From NCBI RefSeq assembly GCF_002854065.1, contig NZ_CP024147.1: a DNA stretch of 64,000 nucleotides; one strand, written 5' to 3'. Below the pieces are notes generated by a model, which was given only the letters and a program-made list of their open reading frames with translations, was not told the origin of the DNA and did not search any database. Of the stretch, positions 33,595-45,028 are shown in pieces (within the stretch, counting starts at the first letter, position 1; each line of letters opens with the position of its first letter). Made by a program: the position numbers and the translations under genes. Source of the stretch: Escherichia coli. Its GTDB lineage: Bacteria; Pseudomonadota; Gammaproteobacteria; Enterobacterales; Enterobacteriaceae.

Positions 33595-35534
33595 ACAGCC
33601 TCCGGCGCAGTTTTTTGCGGACTCACGCGCTTACGATAGCGAGGATCAAACAGACACAGCAGTCCGCCCAACGCCATCATCAGCCCGCCCGCCCAAATCC
33701 AGCGAACAAACGGTTTGTAGTAAAGACGCACAGCCCACGCGCCGTTTTCCAGCTCTTCACCGAGCGCGGCGTACAGGTCACGCGTGATGCCACCGTCAAT
33801 CGCCGCTTCGGTCATCATCGACCCGGCAGTGTTGTAATAACGTTTTTCCGCATACAGCACCGTTTCCGGTTTACCCTCTCGCGTTACGCCGATAGTCGCC
33901 ACACCGCCACGCCAGTTCGGGCCAGTCACCTCTTTGACATCACGGAAGGTGAAGCGATATTCATGAATATCGACGCTATCGCCGGACTTCATGCGCACAT
34001 CACGCTCAACGCTATAGTTCTGGCTAAAGGCAATGCCAACAATTGTCACTGCCAGCCCCAGGTGAGCCGCCACCATCCCCCAATAACTGAAGGTGGTTTT
34101 CGTGCCGCGTGAAATACGCAGCACAGCTTCCGCAATTGCCAGCACCGCAATCCAGCAGGCCATTGCCAGGCCGAGCACCGTCATCGCCACCACTTTGCTT
34201 TCGAACAGCCACGGCAACAGCAGAGACAGCACCAGCGTAGAGATAAAGGCGAAAATCAATAAATTGCGGATCTTACGTGGGCGATCGCGCCCCCAGCGCA
34301 CCAGAGGACCGACACCAAGCAGTAGCGCAAACGGCACCATCAGCCAGGTAAACATGGTGTTGAAGAACGGTTCGCCAATCGAAATACTGCCCAGTCCCAG
34401 TTGCTTGTGCACCAGCGGCAGCAGCGTCCCCAGCAACACCACCAGCATCGCGGCGACCAGCAAAACGTTGTTCGCTAACAGCAAAGATTCCCGCGACCAC
34501 AGCGCATTGTTTACGCGTGAGCGAACTTTGTGTCCACGCGCGGCAAACAGCAGCAGCGAACCGCCAATCACCAGCACCATAAAGGCGAGGATAAACATAC
34601 CGCGCGCCGGATCAGACGCAAACGCGTGTACCGATACCAGCACGCCGGAACGCACGAGGAAAGTCCCCAACAGACACAACGAGAAGGCACTGATTGCCAG
34701 CAGTAATGTCCACGCTTTGAAGCTGGCGCGTTGTTCAGTGACCGCAAGTGAGTGCATCAGCGCAGTCCCCACCAGCCACGGCATAAACGAGGCGTTTTCT
34801 ACCGGATCCCAGAACCACCAGCCACCCCAGCCGAGTTCGTAATAGGCCCATGCGGAACCGAGCACAATGCCGAGCGTCAGGAAAATCCACGCCGCCAGCG
34901 TCCACGGGCGAGTAAAACGCGCATAAGTGCTGTCCAAACGCCCGCTCAGCAAAGAAGCAATGGCAAAAGCAAACGCCACCGAGAAACCCACGTACCCCAT
35001 ATAAAGCAGAGGCGGATGGAAGATCAGCCCCGGATCCTGTAACAGCGGGTTAAGATCGCGCCCTTCAATCGGGAAGTTCGGCAGCGTGCGTGAGAATGGG
35101 TTAGAGGTAAAGAGAATGAACAGCAAAAAGCCGACGCTGACCATCCCCATTATCGCCAGTACGCGGGCCACAATATCCAGCGGAATACGCTGACTAAAAA
35201 TCGCCACCGCAAAGGTCCAGCCGCTCATCAGCAGCACCCACAGCAGTAGCGAGCCTTCATGCGCGCCCCAGGTAGCCGCCACGCGATACCACACCGGAAG
35301 CTGGGTATTGGAGTTGCTGGCAACATAGGTGACGGTAAAGTCGTTGACCACGAAAGCATTGACCAGCACCAGAAATGCGCCAGCCACAGACATAAACAGC
35401 AGCCAGGCAAACAAGCGGGAAGACGCCATCATGCGCGCATCTCCGCGCGCCACGCCCCATAGCGGATACACGGACAGCAGCAGCGCAATCCCTAACGCCA
35501 GGCACAGCAGCCCGTTACCAATTTCCGGCATCAT
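33591..35534 (-). CDS. ccmF: Cytochrome c-type biogenesis heme lyase subunit CcmF
   Basis: 647-aa polytopic ORF with [12 protein letters not shown] tryptophan-rich motif. Confidence 0.93.
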
Positions 35535-36010
35535 GATGCTGGGTCCTTATAAACACTCGCCGGGCGACGGTGGTTAGCTTCCATCGCTTTCTCAACTTCT
35601 GGCGGCGTATAGTTTTCATCGTGTTTCGCCAGCACTTCTTTCGCGAGGATATGATTGCCTTTTTCCAGCTCGCCTTGCACCACAACGCCCTGCCCTTCAC
35701 GGAACAGATCCGGCAAAATGCCTTCGTAAGAGACATCCACTGAGCCTTCAGCGTCGTAAATGGTGAACGTTACTTTCAGCGAATTGGGATCGCGCTGCAC
35801 GCTACCCGGCATCACCATCCCGCCAACGCGCAGACGCTGACCGACTTCCGGCATCTGCTGAGTTTCACGCTTGCCGTAGAGAATTTCCCCCGGCGTATAA
35901 AAGAGATCGATATTCGAGCGCAGCGCATATAGCACCAGACCGATAGTCAGCGCCAGCCCTGCCAACACGGCACAGGCAATCCACAAGCGGTTTTTACGGC
36001 GAATATTCAT
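35531..36010 (-). CDS. ccmE: Heme chaperone CcmE
   Basis: 159-aa ORF, single N-terminal TM segment, matches CcmE as recalled. Confidence 0.93.
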
Positions 36011-36216
36011 GCAGCCTCCTGCTGTTGTGCAGCACGTAAACGCGCCTCTCGCGCCCGCTGTTGCGCCACGCTACGCAGAATTGCGCGATGCTGCATCACC
36101 GAGTGCACGACCAAAACCACCAGCGGAATAACGGTCATCACCACCGCCAGCCAGACAAAAAAGGCGTAACCGCCCATTGCGAAAAATTCATTCCAGGAAG
36201 CAAATGCAGGGGTCAT
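36007..36216 (-). CDS. ccmD: Heme exporter protein CcmD
   Basis: 69-aa single-TM ORF coupled between ccmC and ccmE. Confidence 0.88.
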
Positions 36217-36950
36217 TTACGGCCTCTTTTCAGTATCAGTTCACTCACCCACGGACGGCGTTTTTCCATCAGCAAAATCAAATTACGCATCCGCATCAGC
36301 GTCAGCGTGGCAGACAGGAGCAGGAAGCCAAAAATCGACCAGCGCAGCGGCGAACGCATCGCCGGATCGATACTTTGCTGCATCCGCGTTGATCCCTGAT
36401 GCAGGGTGTTCCACCACTCCACGGAGTAATGAATAATCGGCAGATTCACCACGCCAATCAGCACCAGGATACCTGCCGCACGGCCCGCCAGACGGCGGTC
36501 GTCGAAGGCGTGCCACAGGGCAATCACACCCACATACAAAAACAGCAGCACCAGTTCAGAAGTCAGACGTGCATCCCATACCCACCAGGTGCCCCACATC
36601 GGTTTTCCCCATGCAGAGCCGGTAACCAGGGCAATAAAGGTAAACACGGCACCAATGGGGGCCATCGCCGCCACCGCCAGGTTGGCCATTTTCATCTGCC
36701 AGACAAGGCCAATAAACGCCGCCACCGCCATTGATGCATAAATGCCCATCGACCAGATCGCCGCAGGCACATGCAGGTAGATAATGCGGTAGCTATTTCC
36801 CTGCTGATAATCAGCCGGAGCAAAGCCGAATCCCCAGATCCAGCCGACGGTAAGCACGACCACACTGGCAATTGCCAGCCACGGTATAAACCAGCCACAG
36901 ATTTGATACAGCCGTGGTGGGATCGCCAGTTGATGCAGTGTTTTCCACAT
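36213..36950 (-). CDS. ccmC: Heme exporter protein CcmC
   Basis: 245-aa product from internal Met (MWKTLHQLAIPPR...); WGxxWxWD tryptophan-rich motif; the 8-codon upstream extension in the track is unsupported. Confidence 0.9.
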   Translation of the reverse strand: MWKTLHQLAIPPRLYQICGWFIPWLAIASVVVLTVGWIWGFGFAPADYQQGNSYRIIYLHVPAAIWSMGIYASMAVAAFIGLVWQMKMANLAVAAMAPIGAVFTFIALVTGSAWGKPMWGTWWVWDARLTSELVLLFLYVGVIALWHAFDDRRLAGRAAGILVLIGVVNLPIIHYSVEWWNTLHQGSTRMQQSIDPAMRSPLRWSIFGFLLLSATLTLMRMRNLILLMEKRRPWVSELILKRGRK

Positions 36951-36991
36951 AGTTTCGATACCAGACTCGAACAAAAATCAGTAATCCAGCG

Positions 36992-37654
36992 TTATTGAAT
37001 GCTGATTCGTAACGCTGCCGCCGTCGCAAAAGGACTTAATGTCGCGGTGCCTGCCAGCAACGCGCCTAAAATTGCCAGATACCCGTCAACGGGCAAATGC
37101 ATAGAAGCCGCGTCCATCGCGGCGGTGGCAAAGATGAGTAATGGGATAGTCAGCGGTAACACCAGTATGCTGAGCAGCACACCACCGCGCTTAAGTCCCA
37201 CTGTCAGCGCCACGCCCGGCGCACCAAGAAAGCCAAGCGTAGGCGTTCCCAGCAGTAGCGTTAACGCCATCACTTGCCAGCCATAAACATCCATTCCCAG
37301 TAGCATTGCTACCAGGGGCGAAAGGATGAGTAACGGCAGACCGGTTACCATCCAGTGCGCCATCACCTTCGCCAGCACAACGGCGGGCAAGGGTAACGGC
37401 AACAACATCAATTGTTCAAGACTGCCGTCCTGCAAATCGTCACGGAACAGTCGTTCCAGCGCCAGCAAGGATGAAAGCAGCGCAGCAACCCAGATAATGC
37501 CCGGTGCAATACGCGCCAGCAGTTGCGGCTCCGGACCGATACTGAGCGGAAAAAGGGTAATTACAATCAGGAAGAACCACAGCGGGTTGGCGATTTCAGC
37601 GCTATGGCAAAACGCTACGCGCAGCTCAAGACGGAAAATGCGCCAGAACATCAT
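36992..37654 (-). CDS. ccmB: Heme exporter permease CcmB
   Basis: 220-aa polytopic ORF. Confidence 0.92.
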   Translation of the reverse strand: MMFWRIFRLELRVAFCHSAEIANPLWFFLIVITLFPLSIGPEPQLLARIAPGIIWVAALLSSLLALERLFRDDLQDGSLEQLMLLPLPLPAVVLAKVMAHWMVTGLPLLILSPLVAMLLGMDVYGWQVMALTLLLGTPTLGFLGAPGVALTVGLKRGGVLLSILVLPLTIPLLIFATAAMDAASMHLPVDGYLAILGALLAGTATLSPFATAAALRISIQ

Positions 37655-38274
37655 ACGGCCCTCGTTTGCGTCAGTGAAATGCGGCGAATTTTACTTTCAG
37701 CAACGTTGAGCGGCTGGTGGGTAGTGAGAATCACAATCCCCCCCTGCTCTGTATGCTGCGCCATACGCTGGGTCAGACGATCGACGCCGTTAACGTCAAT
37801 CGCGGTAAAAGGCTCGTCGAGGATCCATAACGTGGCACGGGTCAGCCACAGACGCGCTAAAGCGACGCGGCGTTGTTGCCCGGCAGAAAGTTGATTTACC
37901 GGAATATCTTCGAATCCGGCAAGCCCGGCCTGCGCCAGGGCTGCCAGACATTGTGCGGTATCGCCATCGCGATGATAAAAGTGCAGATTTTCTAACGCCG
38001 TCAGCCGGGTTTTGATCCCCGGCTGATGGCCTATCCATAACAGGTTTTGATGGTAGCTGTCGCGTACCTGATGCAAGGGCTGCCCTTGCCAGAGAACCTC
38101 GCCTGCGTCAGGGCGAGACAACCCCGTCAGCAAACGGAGAAGCGTTGTCTTCCCCGCGCCGTTGCTACCGGTGATTTGTACCCACTCTCCTGCGTTCAGC
38201 GTAAATGACAAGCCACTAAATAAGGTTCGTTCATCCCGCTCACAAAGTAACTCTCTGACTTCAAGCATACCCAC
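37651..38274 (-). CDS. ccmA: Heme exporter ATP-binding protein CcmA
   Basis: 207-aa ABC ATPase (Walker [10 protein letters not shown], signature LSAGQQRR). Confidence 0.9.
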   Translation of the reverse strand: MGMLEVRELLCERDERTLFSGLSFTLNAGEWVQITGSNGAGKTTLLRLLTGLSRPDAGEVLWQGQPLHQVRDSYHQNLLWIGHQPGIKTRLTALENLHFYHRDGDTAQCLAALAQAGLAGFEDIPVNQLSAGQQRRVALARLWLTRATLWILDEPFTAIDVNGVDRLTQRMAQHTEQGGIVILTTHQPLNVAESKIRRISLTQTRAV

Positions 38275-38286
38275 GCAATAACCCTG

Positions 38287-38889
38287 TTAAAAACCTGGCT
38301 CGACTTCACGCATATCGGGGAGCTTGTGCGCTATCCCTTTATGGCAATCAATACAGGTTTGCCCATCTTTCACCGCCTGGTCATGCATCTTCGCGGCAAC
38401 CGATTTCTGGGCGGTTGTATCCATATACTCGAAGTTGTGACAGTTACGGCACTCCTGCGAGTTATTGTCCTTCATGCGCCGCCACTCATTCTGTGCCATC
38501 GTCAGACGATGAGCTTCAAATTTCTGCGGCGTGTCAATAACGCCAAAAATTTTACCATACAGCTCTTTACTTGCTTTGAGCTTGCGTATCATCTTCGGCA
38601 CAAACTCGTGCGGAACGTGACAATCCGGACAGGTCGCACGGACGCCGCTACGGTTGTTGTAGTGCACGGAATCCATGTATTCCTGATACACCGTGTTACG
38701 CATTTCGTGGCAGCTAATGCAGAACTCTTCGGTATTGGCTTTTTCCATCCCGGTGTTAAAGCCGCCCCAGAAGACGATGCCGCCGACAAAACCGATCAAC
38801 AGCAGCGTCCCCAGCGCCAGACGGCTGGGGGTACGCCACCATTTCCACAGGCGCTTAATCAGACCAGGCTTACGGTCAGAATTTCCCAT
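38287..38889 (-). CDS. napC: Membrane-bound tetraheme cytochrome c NapC (NapC/NirT family)
   Basis: 200-aa ORF with four CxxCH heme-binding motifs. Confidence 0.93.
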   Translation of the reverse strand: MGNSDRKPGLIKRLWKWWRTPSRLALGTLLLIGFVGGIVFWGGFNTGMEKANTEEFCISCHEMRNTVYQEYMDSVHYNNRSGVRATCPDCHVPHEFVPKMIRKLKASKELYGKIFGVIDTPQKFEAHRLTMAQNEWRRMKDNNSQECRNCHNFEYMDTTAQKSVAAKMHDQAVKDGQTCIDCHKGIAHKLPDMREVEPGF

Positions 38890-38898
38890 AATAACCTC

Positions 38899-39348
38899 TT
38901 ATTTCCCGTAACCTTTTGATGGGGTAAAGGTATTCCCCACGATTGGCGCGGTATCGGCCTGCGGTACGTGACATTGCAGACAGAAATAACGACGCGGAGC
39001 CACTTCCGCGCCCACTTTGCCGTCGCTGTCCATAAAGTGAGTAGGACTGATACGCGGCGCGCCAGTGGTGCGATAGCTTTCGACACCGTGGCACTGCAAG
39101 CAGCGGTTGGTATTGGTCGTTACCTGATAACCTTCAACGCTATGCGGGATCATTGGCGGCTGATTCACATAGTTCAGCGGCATCCGATCCTGCTCTTTTG
39201 GCATCCGAATGGCCCCTTCCTGCGTCCCGGATACTTCCGGCGACTGGCTAAAATCGACGCCATTAGCCGCCCAAACCGCGCCGCTTACCACCAGGGCCAG
39301 CATCGCCGTCCATTGACACAGCGCTTTCTTCAGGTCATGGCTTTTCAT
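38899..39348 (-). CDS. napB: Periplasmic diheme cytochrome c NapB
   Basis: 149-aa product from internal Met ([13 protein letters not shown]...), two CxxCH motifs; 7-codon upstream extension in the track unsupported. Confidence 0.9.
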   Translation of the reverse strand: MKSHDLKKALCQWTAMLALVVSGAVWAANGVDFSQSPEVSGTQEGAIRMPKEQDRMPLNYVNQPPMIPHSVEGYQVTTNTNRCLQCHGVESYRTTGAPRISPTHFMDSDGKVGAEVAPRRYFCLQCHVPQADTAPIVGNTFTPSKGYGK

Positions 39349-40208
39349 GATTTCGCTCCCGAACTCCATCGTGTAGTTATTGTAAATACATCCTCAGAAC
39401 AGACATCCACGCAGCGACCGCACGTCATGCAATCGCGGCTGGTGACCTGCACCGGGCTTTGTTCATCCAGCACCGGGGCACGTAGCACATGCGGTTCCGG
39501 GCAAACATGAAAACAATCCATACAGCGGTTACATTTCTGCCGATCGCTGGCCGCAACGGTAATCACACCTTTGCTACCCAGCACGCCATACAGCGCGCCA
39601 ACCGGACAAATGTGCCCGCACCAGCCGTGTTCAACGACCAGTAGATCAAATAAAAACAGCGCGAGAATAAGCAGCGCGCCGCTGCCGAAGCCCATTACCA
39701 GGCTACGCCCCATCAGGGAAACGGGGTTGATCCATTCCCAGATGAGCGTGCCAGTTAAGGCTGATCCCACCAGAATGACCACCAACAGCACGTAGCGAAT
39801 GTGGCGAGGGATCGTCGCAGACTGATTGAGGTCAAAGCGCCTGCGTAACCAGTTCGCTAAGTCGGTAATCGGGTTCAGCGGGCAGACCCAGCTGCAAAAT
39901 AATCGCTTTCCTGCCAGGGCGTAGAGCACGGTGATAATCACCGCACCGGTCAACGCCACCGTGGCAGGCAGATGACCACTGGCAAGACTTTGCAGCGTCA
40001 TCAGCGGATCGGTCAGCGGAACGGTGTCGAATAACAGGCTACTGCTGTAGTTGCCGTGCAAGATCCACACACCAAACCACGGACCGCTCAAAAACATCCC
40101 CAGCACGAAGAACTGACAAAGGCGACGTAACACCAGCCAACGGTGACTGCGCCACCAGCCTTTTTTCTCCAGCGCCTCGCGCCCGGCGTCACGTTTACGA
40201 TTTGCCAT
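39345..40208 (-). CDS. napH: Membrane ferredoxin-type protein NapH
   Basis: 287-aa ORF with TM segments and C-terminal Cys clusters; 4-nt overlap with napB. Confidence 0.92.
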   Translation of the reverse strand: MANRKRDAGREALEKKGWWRSHRWLVLRRLCQFFVLGMFLSGPWFGVWILHGNYSSSLLFDTVPLTDPLMTLQSLASGHLPATVALTGAVIITVLYALAGKRLFCSWVCPLNPITDLANWLRRRFDLNQSATIPRHIRYVLLVVILVGSALTGTLIWEWINPVSLMGRSLVMGFGSGALLILALFLFDLLVVEHGWCGHICPVGALYGVLGSKGVITVAASDRQKCNRCMDCFHVCPEPHVLRAPVLDEQSPVQVTSRDCMTCGRCVDVCSEDVFTITTRWSSGAKS

Positions 40209-40890
40209 TGTTCCCCTCCAGCCAGCCGAAGCGGTAATGGTGACCTAACTCCCCTTTCGCCAGTGACAGCGGTAACACCTTGATTGCCGGTTGTTCCAGC
40301 ACGCACACTTTTTCGCACTTACCGCAGCCGGTACAGGCGTCGCTGTGAACCGTCGGCAGAAAGCGGGCGTGCTTACCGGTACGCGTATTGCGCTCCAGCT
40401 CCAGGGTGATGGCCTCATCAATTTTCGGGCATTCGCGATAACAAACATCGCAGCGCAGCCCCTGAAAGTTGAGACAGTTTTCCTGGTCCACCAGTACCGC
40501 CAGCCCCATCCGCGCTTCGTCGATCGATTCGATCTCACGATCCAGCGCACCGCTCGGGCACACTTTGGCGCACGGAATGTCCTCACACATTTCGCAAGGA
40601 ATATCCCGTGCGACAAAATATGGCGTGCCCGCCGACAGGCCAGAAGCCAGCGTCGCCAGTTTTAAGGTGTCGTAAGGGCAAGCCTGAACACACTGACCGC
40701 AACGCACACAGGCACTGGCAAAGGCGTTCTCGTTTATGGCTCCGGGCGGGCGCAACCGCACGCCAGATGCGCGTGCGGTTTGCTGTTGTAACCCCAGCGC
40801 CACACCCACGGCAGCCAGCCCGCCTGCTGTGCGAACGACATCGCGCAGAAAGCGGCGGCGACCATTTTGAGGTTTCGCTGACCGGGACAT
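40195..40890 (-). CDS. napG: Periplasmic ferredoxin-type protein NapG
   Basis: 231-aa ORF with Tat-like RRRFLR signal and four CxxCxxCxxxCP clusters. Confidence 0.92.
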   Translation of the reverse strand: MSRSAKPQNGRRRFLRDVVRTAGGLAAVGVALGLQQQTARASGVRLRPPGAINENAFASACVRCGQCVQACPYDTLKLATLASGLSAGTPYFVARDIPCEMCEDIPCAKVCPSGALDREIESIDEARMGLAVLVDQENCLNFQGLRCDVCYRECPKIDEAITLELERNTRTGKHARFLPTVHSDACTGCGKCEKVCVLEQPAIKVLPLSLAKGELGHHYRFGWLEGNNGKS

Positions 40891-40896
40891 AATGGC

Positions 40897-43383
40897 TTAC
40901 ACCTTCTCCAGTTTGACCGCGCACTTCTTGAAGTCCGTCTCTTTCGAGAGCGGATCGGTCGCATCCAGCGTCAGTTTGTTAACCAGCTGTGCGGCGTCGA
41001 AGAACGGCATGTACACCAGGCCCTGCGGCGGACGGTTACGACCGCGCGTTTCGACAATCGAGATCACTTCGCCACGGCGAGAAACCACTTTCACTTTGTC
41101 GCCACGACGCAGATCGCGCGCTTTCGCATCCAGCGGGTGAATAAACAGGACCGCTTCCGGGAAGGCGCGGTGCAGTTCCGGCACACGGCGAGTCATACTG
41201 CCGGTGTGCCAGTGCTCCAGGACGCGTCCGGTAGAGAGCCACAGGTCGTACTCTTCATCCGGTGCTTCCGCCGCTGGTTCGAACGGCAGTGCGAAGATCA
41301 CCGCTTTGCCATCCGGTTTACCGTAGAACTTGTAGCCTTCGCCCGCTTTCACGTACGGGTCGTTACCTTCGCTGTAACGCCACTGAGTTTCTTTACCGTT
41401 CACCACCGGCCAGCGCAGACCGCGCGCTTTGTGGTAGTCATCGAACGGCGCGAGATCGTGACCGTGACCGCGACCAAACCATGCGTACTCTTCGAACAGC
41501 CCTTTTTGCAGATAGAAGCCCAGCTCGCGGGATTCATCGTTCAGCTGATCTTCCGCCAGTTCGGATACCGGGAATTTGCTCACTTCGGGGGTGGCATACA
41601 GAACTTCGTACAGCGTTTTGCCACGCAGTTCCGGTTTCTTCGCCAGCAGCTCTTCCGGCCATACTTCTTCAGTTTTGAAGCGGCGGGAGAACTGGACTAA
41701 CTGCCAGAGATCCGATTTCGCTTCGCCTGGCGCCTGTACCTGCTGACGCCAGAACTGAGTACGGCGTTCGGCGTTACCGTAAGCGCCCTCTTTCTCTACC
41801 CACATTGCGGTCGGCAGGATCAAGTCGGCGGCCAGCGCACTGACTGTCGGATACGGATCGGAGACGATGATGAAGTTGCGCGGATCGCGCCAGCCCGGCA
41901 TACGCTCTTCATTAATGTTCGGCCCGGCCTGCATGTTGTTGGTACACATGGTCCAGTAAACATTCAGCTTGCCGTCTTTCAGCGCACGGTCTTGTGCTAC
42001 CGCATGCAGACCGATTTTCGCCGGAATGGTGCCGCTCGGGATATTCCACTTCTTCTCGCAGATATCACGATGTTTCTCGTTAGTTACCACCATGTCCGCA
42101 GGCAGACGGTGGGCAAAGGTGCCCACTTCACGCGCAGTACCACACGCGGAAGGCTGCCCGGTCAGGGAGAACGGACCGCAACCCGGCTGGGAAATTTTGC
42201 CGGTCAGCAGGTGCAGGTTGTAGACCAGGTTGTTGGCCCACACGCCACGAGTATGCTGGTTGAAGCCCATCGTCCAGTAGGAGATGACTTTCTTGTTCGG
42301 ATCGGCATACAGCTGCGCCAGTTGTTCTAACTGGTCTTTCGGCACGCCGGTCATTTCAGCGGTTTTTTCCAGCGTATACTCAGCAACGAAGGCTTTGTAA
42401 TCTTCGAAGCTCATCGGTTCGGAGGCGTCAGAACCCGGATTCTTCGCTGCTTTTTCCAGCGGATGGGTCGGACGTAAACCGTAGCCGATGTCCGTCGCCC
42501 CTTTGCGCAGGTTAACGTGCTTGCTGAAGAAGTCCTGATTTATCGCATTGTTTTGAATGATATAGTTGGCGATGTAGTTCAGGATCACCAGGTCAGATTG
42601 CGGCGTAAAGATGATGCCGTTATCCGCCAGCTCGAAGCTACGATGCTGGTAGGTTGAAAGCACCGCCACGGTGACGTCCTGGTTAGAGAGACGACGGTTA
42701 GTGATGCGTGACCAGAGGATCGGGTGCATCTCCGCCATGTTTGCGCCCCACAGCACAAACGCGTCAGCCTGCTCGATGTCGTCATAGCAGCCCATCGGCT
42801 CATCCATACCAAAGGTACGCATAAAGCCAACTACTGCCGATGCCATACAGTGACGCGCGTTCGGGTCGATGTTGTTCGAACGGAAGCCCGCTTTGAACAG
42901 CTTGGACGCGGCATAACCTTCCCAGATAGTCCACTGACCAGAACCGAACATACCGATCGATTCCGGCCCTTTTTCTTTCAGGGCGGTTTTGAATTTCTCT
43001 TCCATCACATCGAAGGCCTGATCCCAGGTGATTGGGGTAAATTCGCCTTCTTTGTCATATTTACCGTTTTTCATACGCAGCAGCGGCTGCGTCAAACGGT
43101 CTTTACCGTACATGATCTTGGGCAGGAAATAGCCCTTAATGCAGTTCAGGCCACGGTTAACCGGTGCGTCCGGGTCGCCCTGACAGGCCACCACACGCCC
43201 CTGCTGCGTTCCGACCAGAACGCCGCAACCAGTACCGCAGAAACGGCACGGCGCTTTATCCCATTTAATGGCTTCCTGCTGACCAACAACGGCATGGGCA
43301 ACGCCCGGCACGCTGAGACCGGCAGCCGCCGCAGCGGCCGCAACGGCGTTAGCTTTCATAAAGCTACGACGACTGAGTTTCAT
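40897..43383 (-). CDS. napA: Periplasmic nitrate reductase catalytic subunit NapA
   Basis: 828-aa ORF with twin-arginine signal (SRRSFMK) and N-terminal Cys cluster for the [4Fe-4S] centre; molybdopterin oxidoreductase family. Confidence 0.95.
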   Translation of the reverse strand: MKLSRRSFMKANAVAAAAAAAGLSVPGVAHAVVGQQEAIKWDKAPCRFCGTGCGVLVGTQQGRVVACQGDPDAPVNRGLNCIKGYFLPKIMYGKDRLTQPLLRMKNGKYDKEGEFTPITWDQAFDVMEEKFKTALKEKGPESIGMFGSGQWTIWEGYAASKLFKAGFRSNNIDPNARHCMASAVVGFMRTFGMDEPMGCYDDIEQADAFVLWGANMAEMHPILWSRITNRRLSNQDVTVAVLSTYQHRSFELADNGIIFTPQSDLVILNYIANYIIQNNAINQDFFSKHVNLRKGATDIGYGLRPTHPLEKAAKNPGSDASEPMSFEDYKAFVAEYTLEKTAEMTGVPKDQLEQLAQLYADPNKKVISYWTMGFNQHTRGVWANNLVYNLHLLTGKISQPGCGPFSLTGQPSACGTAREVGTFAHRLPADMVVTNEKHRDICEKKWNIPSGTIPAKIGLHAVAQDRALKDGKLNVYWTMCTNNMQAGPNINEERMPGWRDPRNFIIVSDPYPTVSALAADLILPTAMWVEKEGAYGNAERRTQFWRQQVQAPGEAKSDLWQLVQFSRRFKTEEVWPEELLAKKPELRGKTLYEVLYATPEVSKFPVSELAEDQLNDESRELGFYLQKGLFEEYAWFGRGHGHDLAPFDDYHKARGLRWPVVNGKETQWRYSEGNDPYVKAGEGYKFYGKPDGKAVIFALPFEPAAEAPDEEYDLWLSTGRVLEHWHTGSMTRRVPELHRAFPEAVLFIHPLDAKARDLRRGDKVKVVSRRGEVISIVETRGRNRPPQGLVYMPFFDAAQLVNKLTLDATDPLSKETDFKKCAVKLEKV

Positions 43384-43643
43384 GGTGTTTCCTCACCTTG
43401 CTCTTCCTGCTGGTGATAAACCAGCGACACCGCCAGCACGCCCTCTACGTTGCGTACTGACTCAATGGTTTGGATCAGCGTTTCGCTGTCTTCTGCTTCC
43501 ACCACCACAATCAACTGACCGCTCGGCGCGTCGCTGACAGCAACTTCACAGCCGGGAAAGGCGTTCAGTTGGGTGCTGATGTCTGAAATTCGTTCGCTTT
43601 TGGCCTGCACGACCAGGCTGCAAACTTGCCAGTTAGTGTGCAT
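43380..43643 (-). CDS. napD: NapA chaperone NapD
   Basis: 87-aa ORF coupled to napA (4-nt overlap). Confidence 0.9.
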   Translation of the reverse strand: MHTNWQVCSLVVQAKSERISDISTQLNAFPGCEVAVSDAPSGQLIVVVEAEDSETLIQTIESVRNVEGVLAVSLVYHQQEEQGEETP

Positions 43644-44127
43644 GGAGATACTCCGCAGTTATGGCTGATACCGGACAGCTGGCTGCACATGCTCCACATC
43701 CGTTGCAAAGTTGGCTATTAAGTTGCGGCTGGTAGATCCCGGAGAGCGTCGGGCGAAAGATAATTGCCATTGGCTCACAGCTATCCTGACAGCGGCGGCA
43801 TTCAACTGACTGATACGCCAGGCACGCGTCCCCAATGGTGAACTGCAAATCCCAGGCCCTGGTGTGGCGCGGAGAAAATAGCGATTCGGGGCAAGCCTGC
43901 GCGCAGGCGTAACAGAAGCTGCACTCGTTATTTTTGAAATTAACGCTCGGATAGCCGCCCGCGCCGCGTTGCAGGATGTTGTTTTCACAAGCATTAATAC
44001 AGGCGTCGCAGCGGGTGCAATGGGTCAGAAAATGAGATTCATCACCGGACCAGGGCGGACGGATACCGTTACTGGCTTTGCGCCAGCGACCAGTGAGTAT
44101 GCCCCGACGGGATGCATCAATCTTCAC
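43633..44127 (-). CDS. napF: Ferredoxin-type protein NapF
   Basis: 164-aa ORF with multiple CxxCxxCxxxCP motifs; first gene of the nap-ccm cluster. Confidence 0.92.
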   Translation of the reverse strand: MKIDASRRGILTGRWRKASNGIRPPWSGDESHFLTHCTRCDACINACENNILQRGAGGYPSVNFKNNECSFCYACAQACPESLFSPRHTRAWDLQFTIGDACLAYQSVECRRCQDSCEPMAIIFRPTLSGIYQPQLNSQLCNGCGACAASCPVSAITAEYLHAH

Positions 44128-44235
44128 ATTGACCTTCCATCATTAACGCGCTCTGAAAATTGAGAGCGACCAAATAAACCGCATAATTAATAAGCCATTT
44201 TTATAGCCGCTAAGATATTAAAGGATGTGTCAAAG

Positions 44236-44400
44236 ATGCATACCCCGATCGAGGTAAAACCTGTAGCAGGATCAAAAGAGTGGCGGGAAGCGTGGCAAAA
44301 ACGGGCTTTTGCTCACATTTCAAATGGTTATAAATATATTTATATAGCGATTAATTCACCAGAGATATTTCTGCTGGTTTGTTCTCTCATCAGAATTTAA
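44236..44400 (+). CDS. yojO: Small ORF (54 aa), candidate YojO
   Basis: ATG 44236 to TAA 44398-44400 encodes MHTPIEVKPVAGSKEWREAWQKRAFAHISNGYKYIYIAINSPEIFLLVCSLIRI; below the ORF-track cutoff; overlaps the napF regulatory sites, so coding status is uncertain. Confidence 0.4.
   Translation: MHTPIEVKPVAGSKEWREAWQKRAFAHISNGYKYIYIAINSPEIFLLVCSLIRI
44241..44256 (-). promoter_or_regulatory. NarL/NarP 7-2-7 heptamer pair in the napF control region
   Basis: TACCCCG-AT-CGAGGTA: two inverted TACYYMT-like heptamers with 2-bp spacing, about 115-130 bp upstream of napF ATG. Confidence 0.6.
44262..44275 (-). promoter_or_regulatory. Putative FNR site upstream of napF
   Basis: Minus-strand TTGAT-CCTG-CTACA: one perfect FNR half-site, centred 20 bp upstream of the NarP site, as expected for the napF promoter architecture; second half-site poor. 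Confidence 0.4.
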
Positions 44401-44533
44401 CACTAAAAGAGCAGGTAAAATTGTCTGAATATTCTTTAAGTTATTCATAAAGCAAATTAATAAATCTGATGAATATGTTAACCTTCAGCGACATCATCGG
44501 TGCAAACCTATAAATGAAGAAGGAAAGCAAAAA

Positions 44534-45022
44534 ATGAAGACCATTCTACCTGCAGTATTGTTTGCCGCTTTCGCCACCACTTCCGCCTGGGCGGCAGAGA
44601 GCGTCCAGCCACTGGAAAAAATCGCGCCTTATCCACAAGCTGAAAAAGGCATGAAGCGTCAGGTGATTCAGTTAACCCCGCAAGAAGATGAATCTACCCT
44701 GAAAGTAGAACTGTTAATCGGTCAGACGCTGGAAGTCGATTGCAATTTTCATCGTCTCGGCGGGAAGCTGGAAAGCAAAACGCTGGAAGGCTGGGGCTAT
44801 GATTATTATGTCTTTGATAAAGTTAGCTCGCCGGTTTCCACGATGATGGCCTGCCCGGATGGCAAGAAAGAGAAGAAATTTGTCACCGCGTATCTGGGCG
44901 ATGCTGGAATGCTGCGTTACAACAGCAAGCTGCCGATCGTGGTGTATACGCCAGACAATGTAGATGTGAAGTACCGCGTCTGGAAGGCGGAAGAGAAAAT
45001 TGACAACGCGGTAGTTCGCTAA
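44534..45022 (+). CDS. eco: Ecotin (periplasmic serine protease inhibitor)
   Basis: 162-aa ORF with signal peptide; matches ecotin as recalled. Confidence 0.95.
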   Translation: MKTILPAVLFAAFATTSAWAAESVQPLEKIAPYPQAEKGMKRQVIQLTPQEDESTLKVELLIGQTLEVDCNFHRLGGKLESKTLEGWGYDYYVFDKVSSPVSTMMACPDGKKEKKFVTAYLGDAGMLRYNSKLPIVVYTPDNVDVKYRVWKAEEKIDNAVVR

Positions 45023-45028
45023 ACTGCC

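Noticed and set aside
41137-41700. 187-aa plus-strand ORF and other long antisense ORFs across napA, ccmF and yejO
   Set aside because: Embedded antisense to well-supported genes; typical open antisense frames without independent support.
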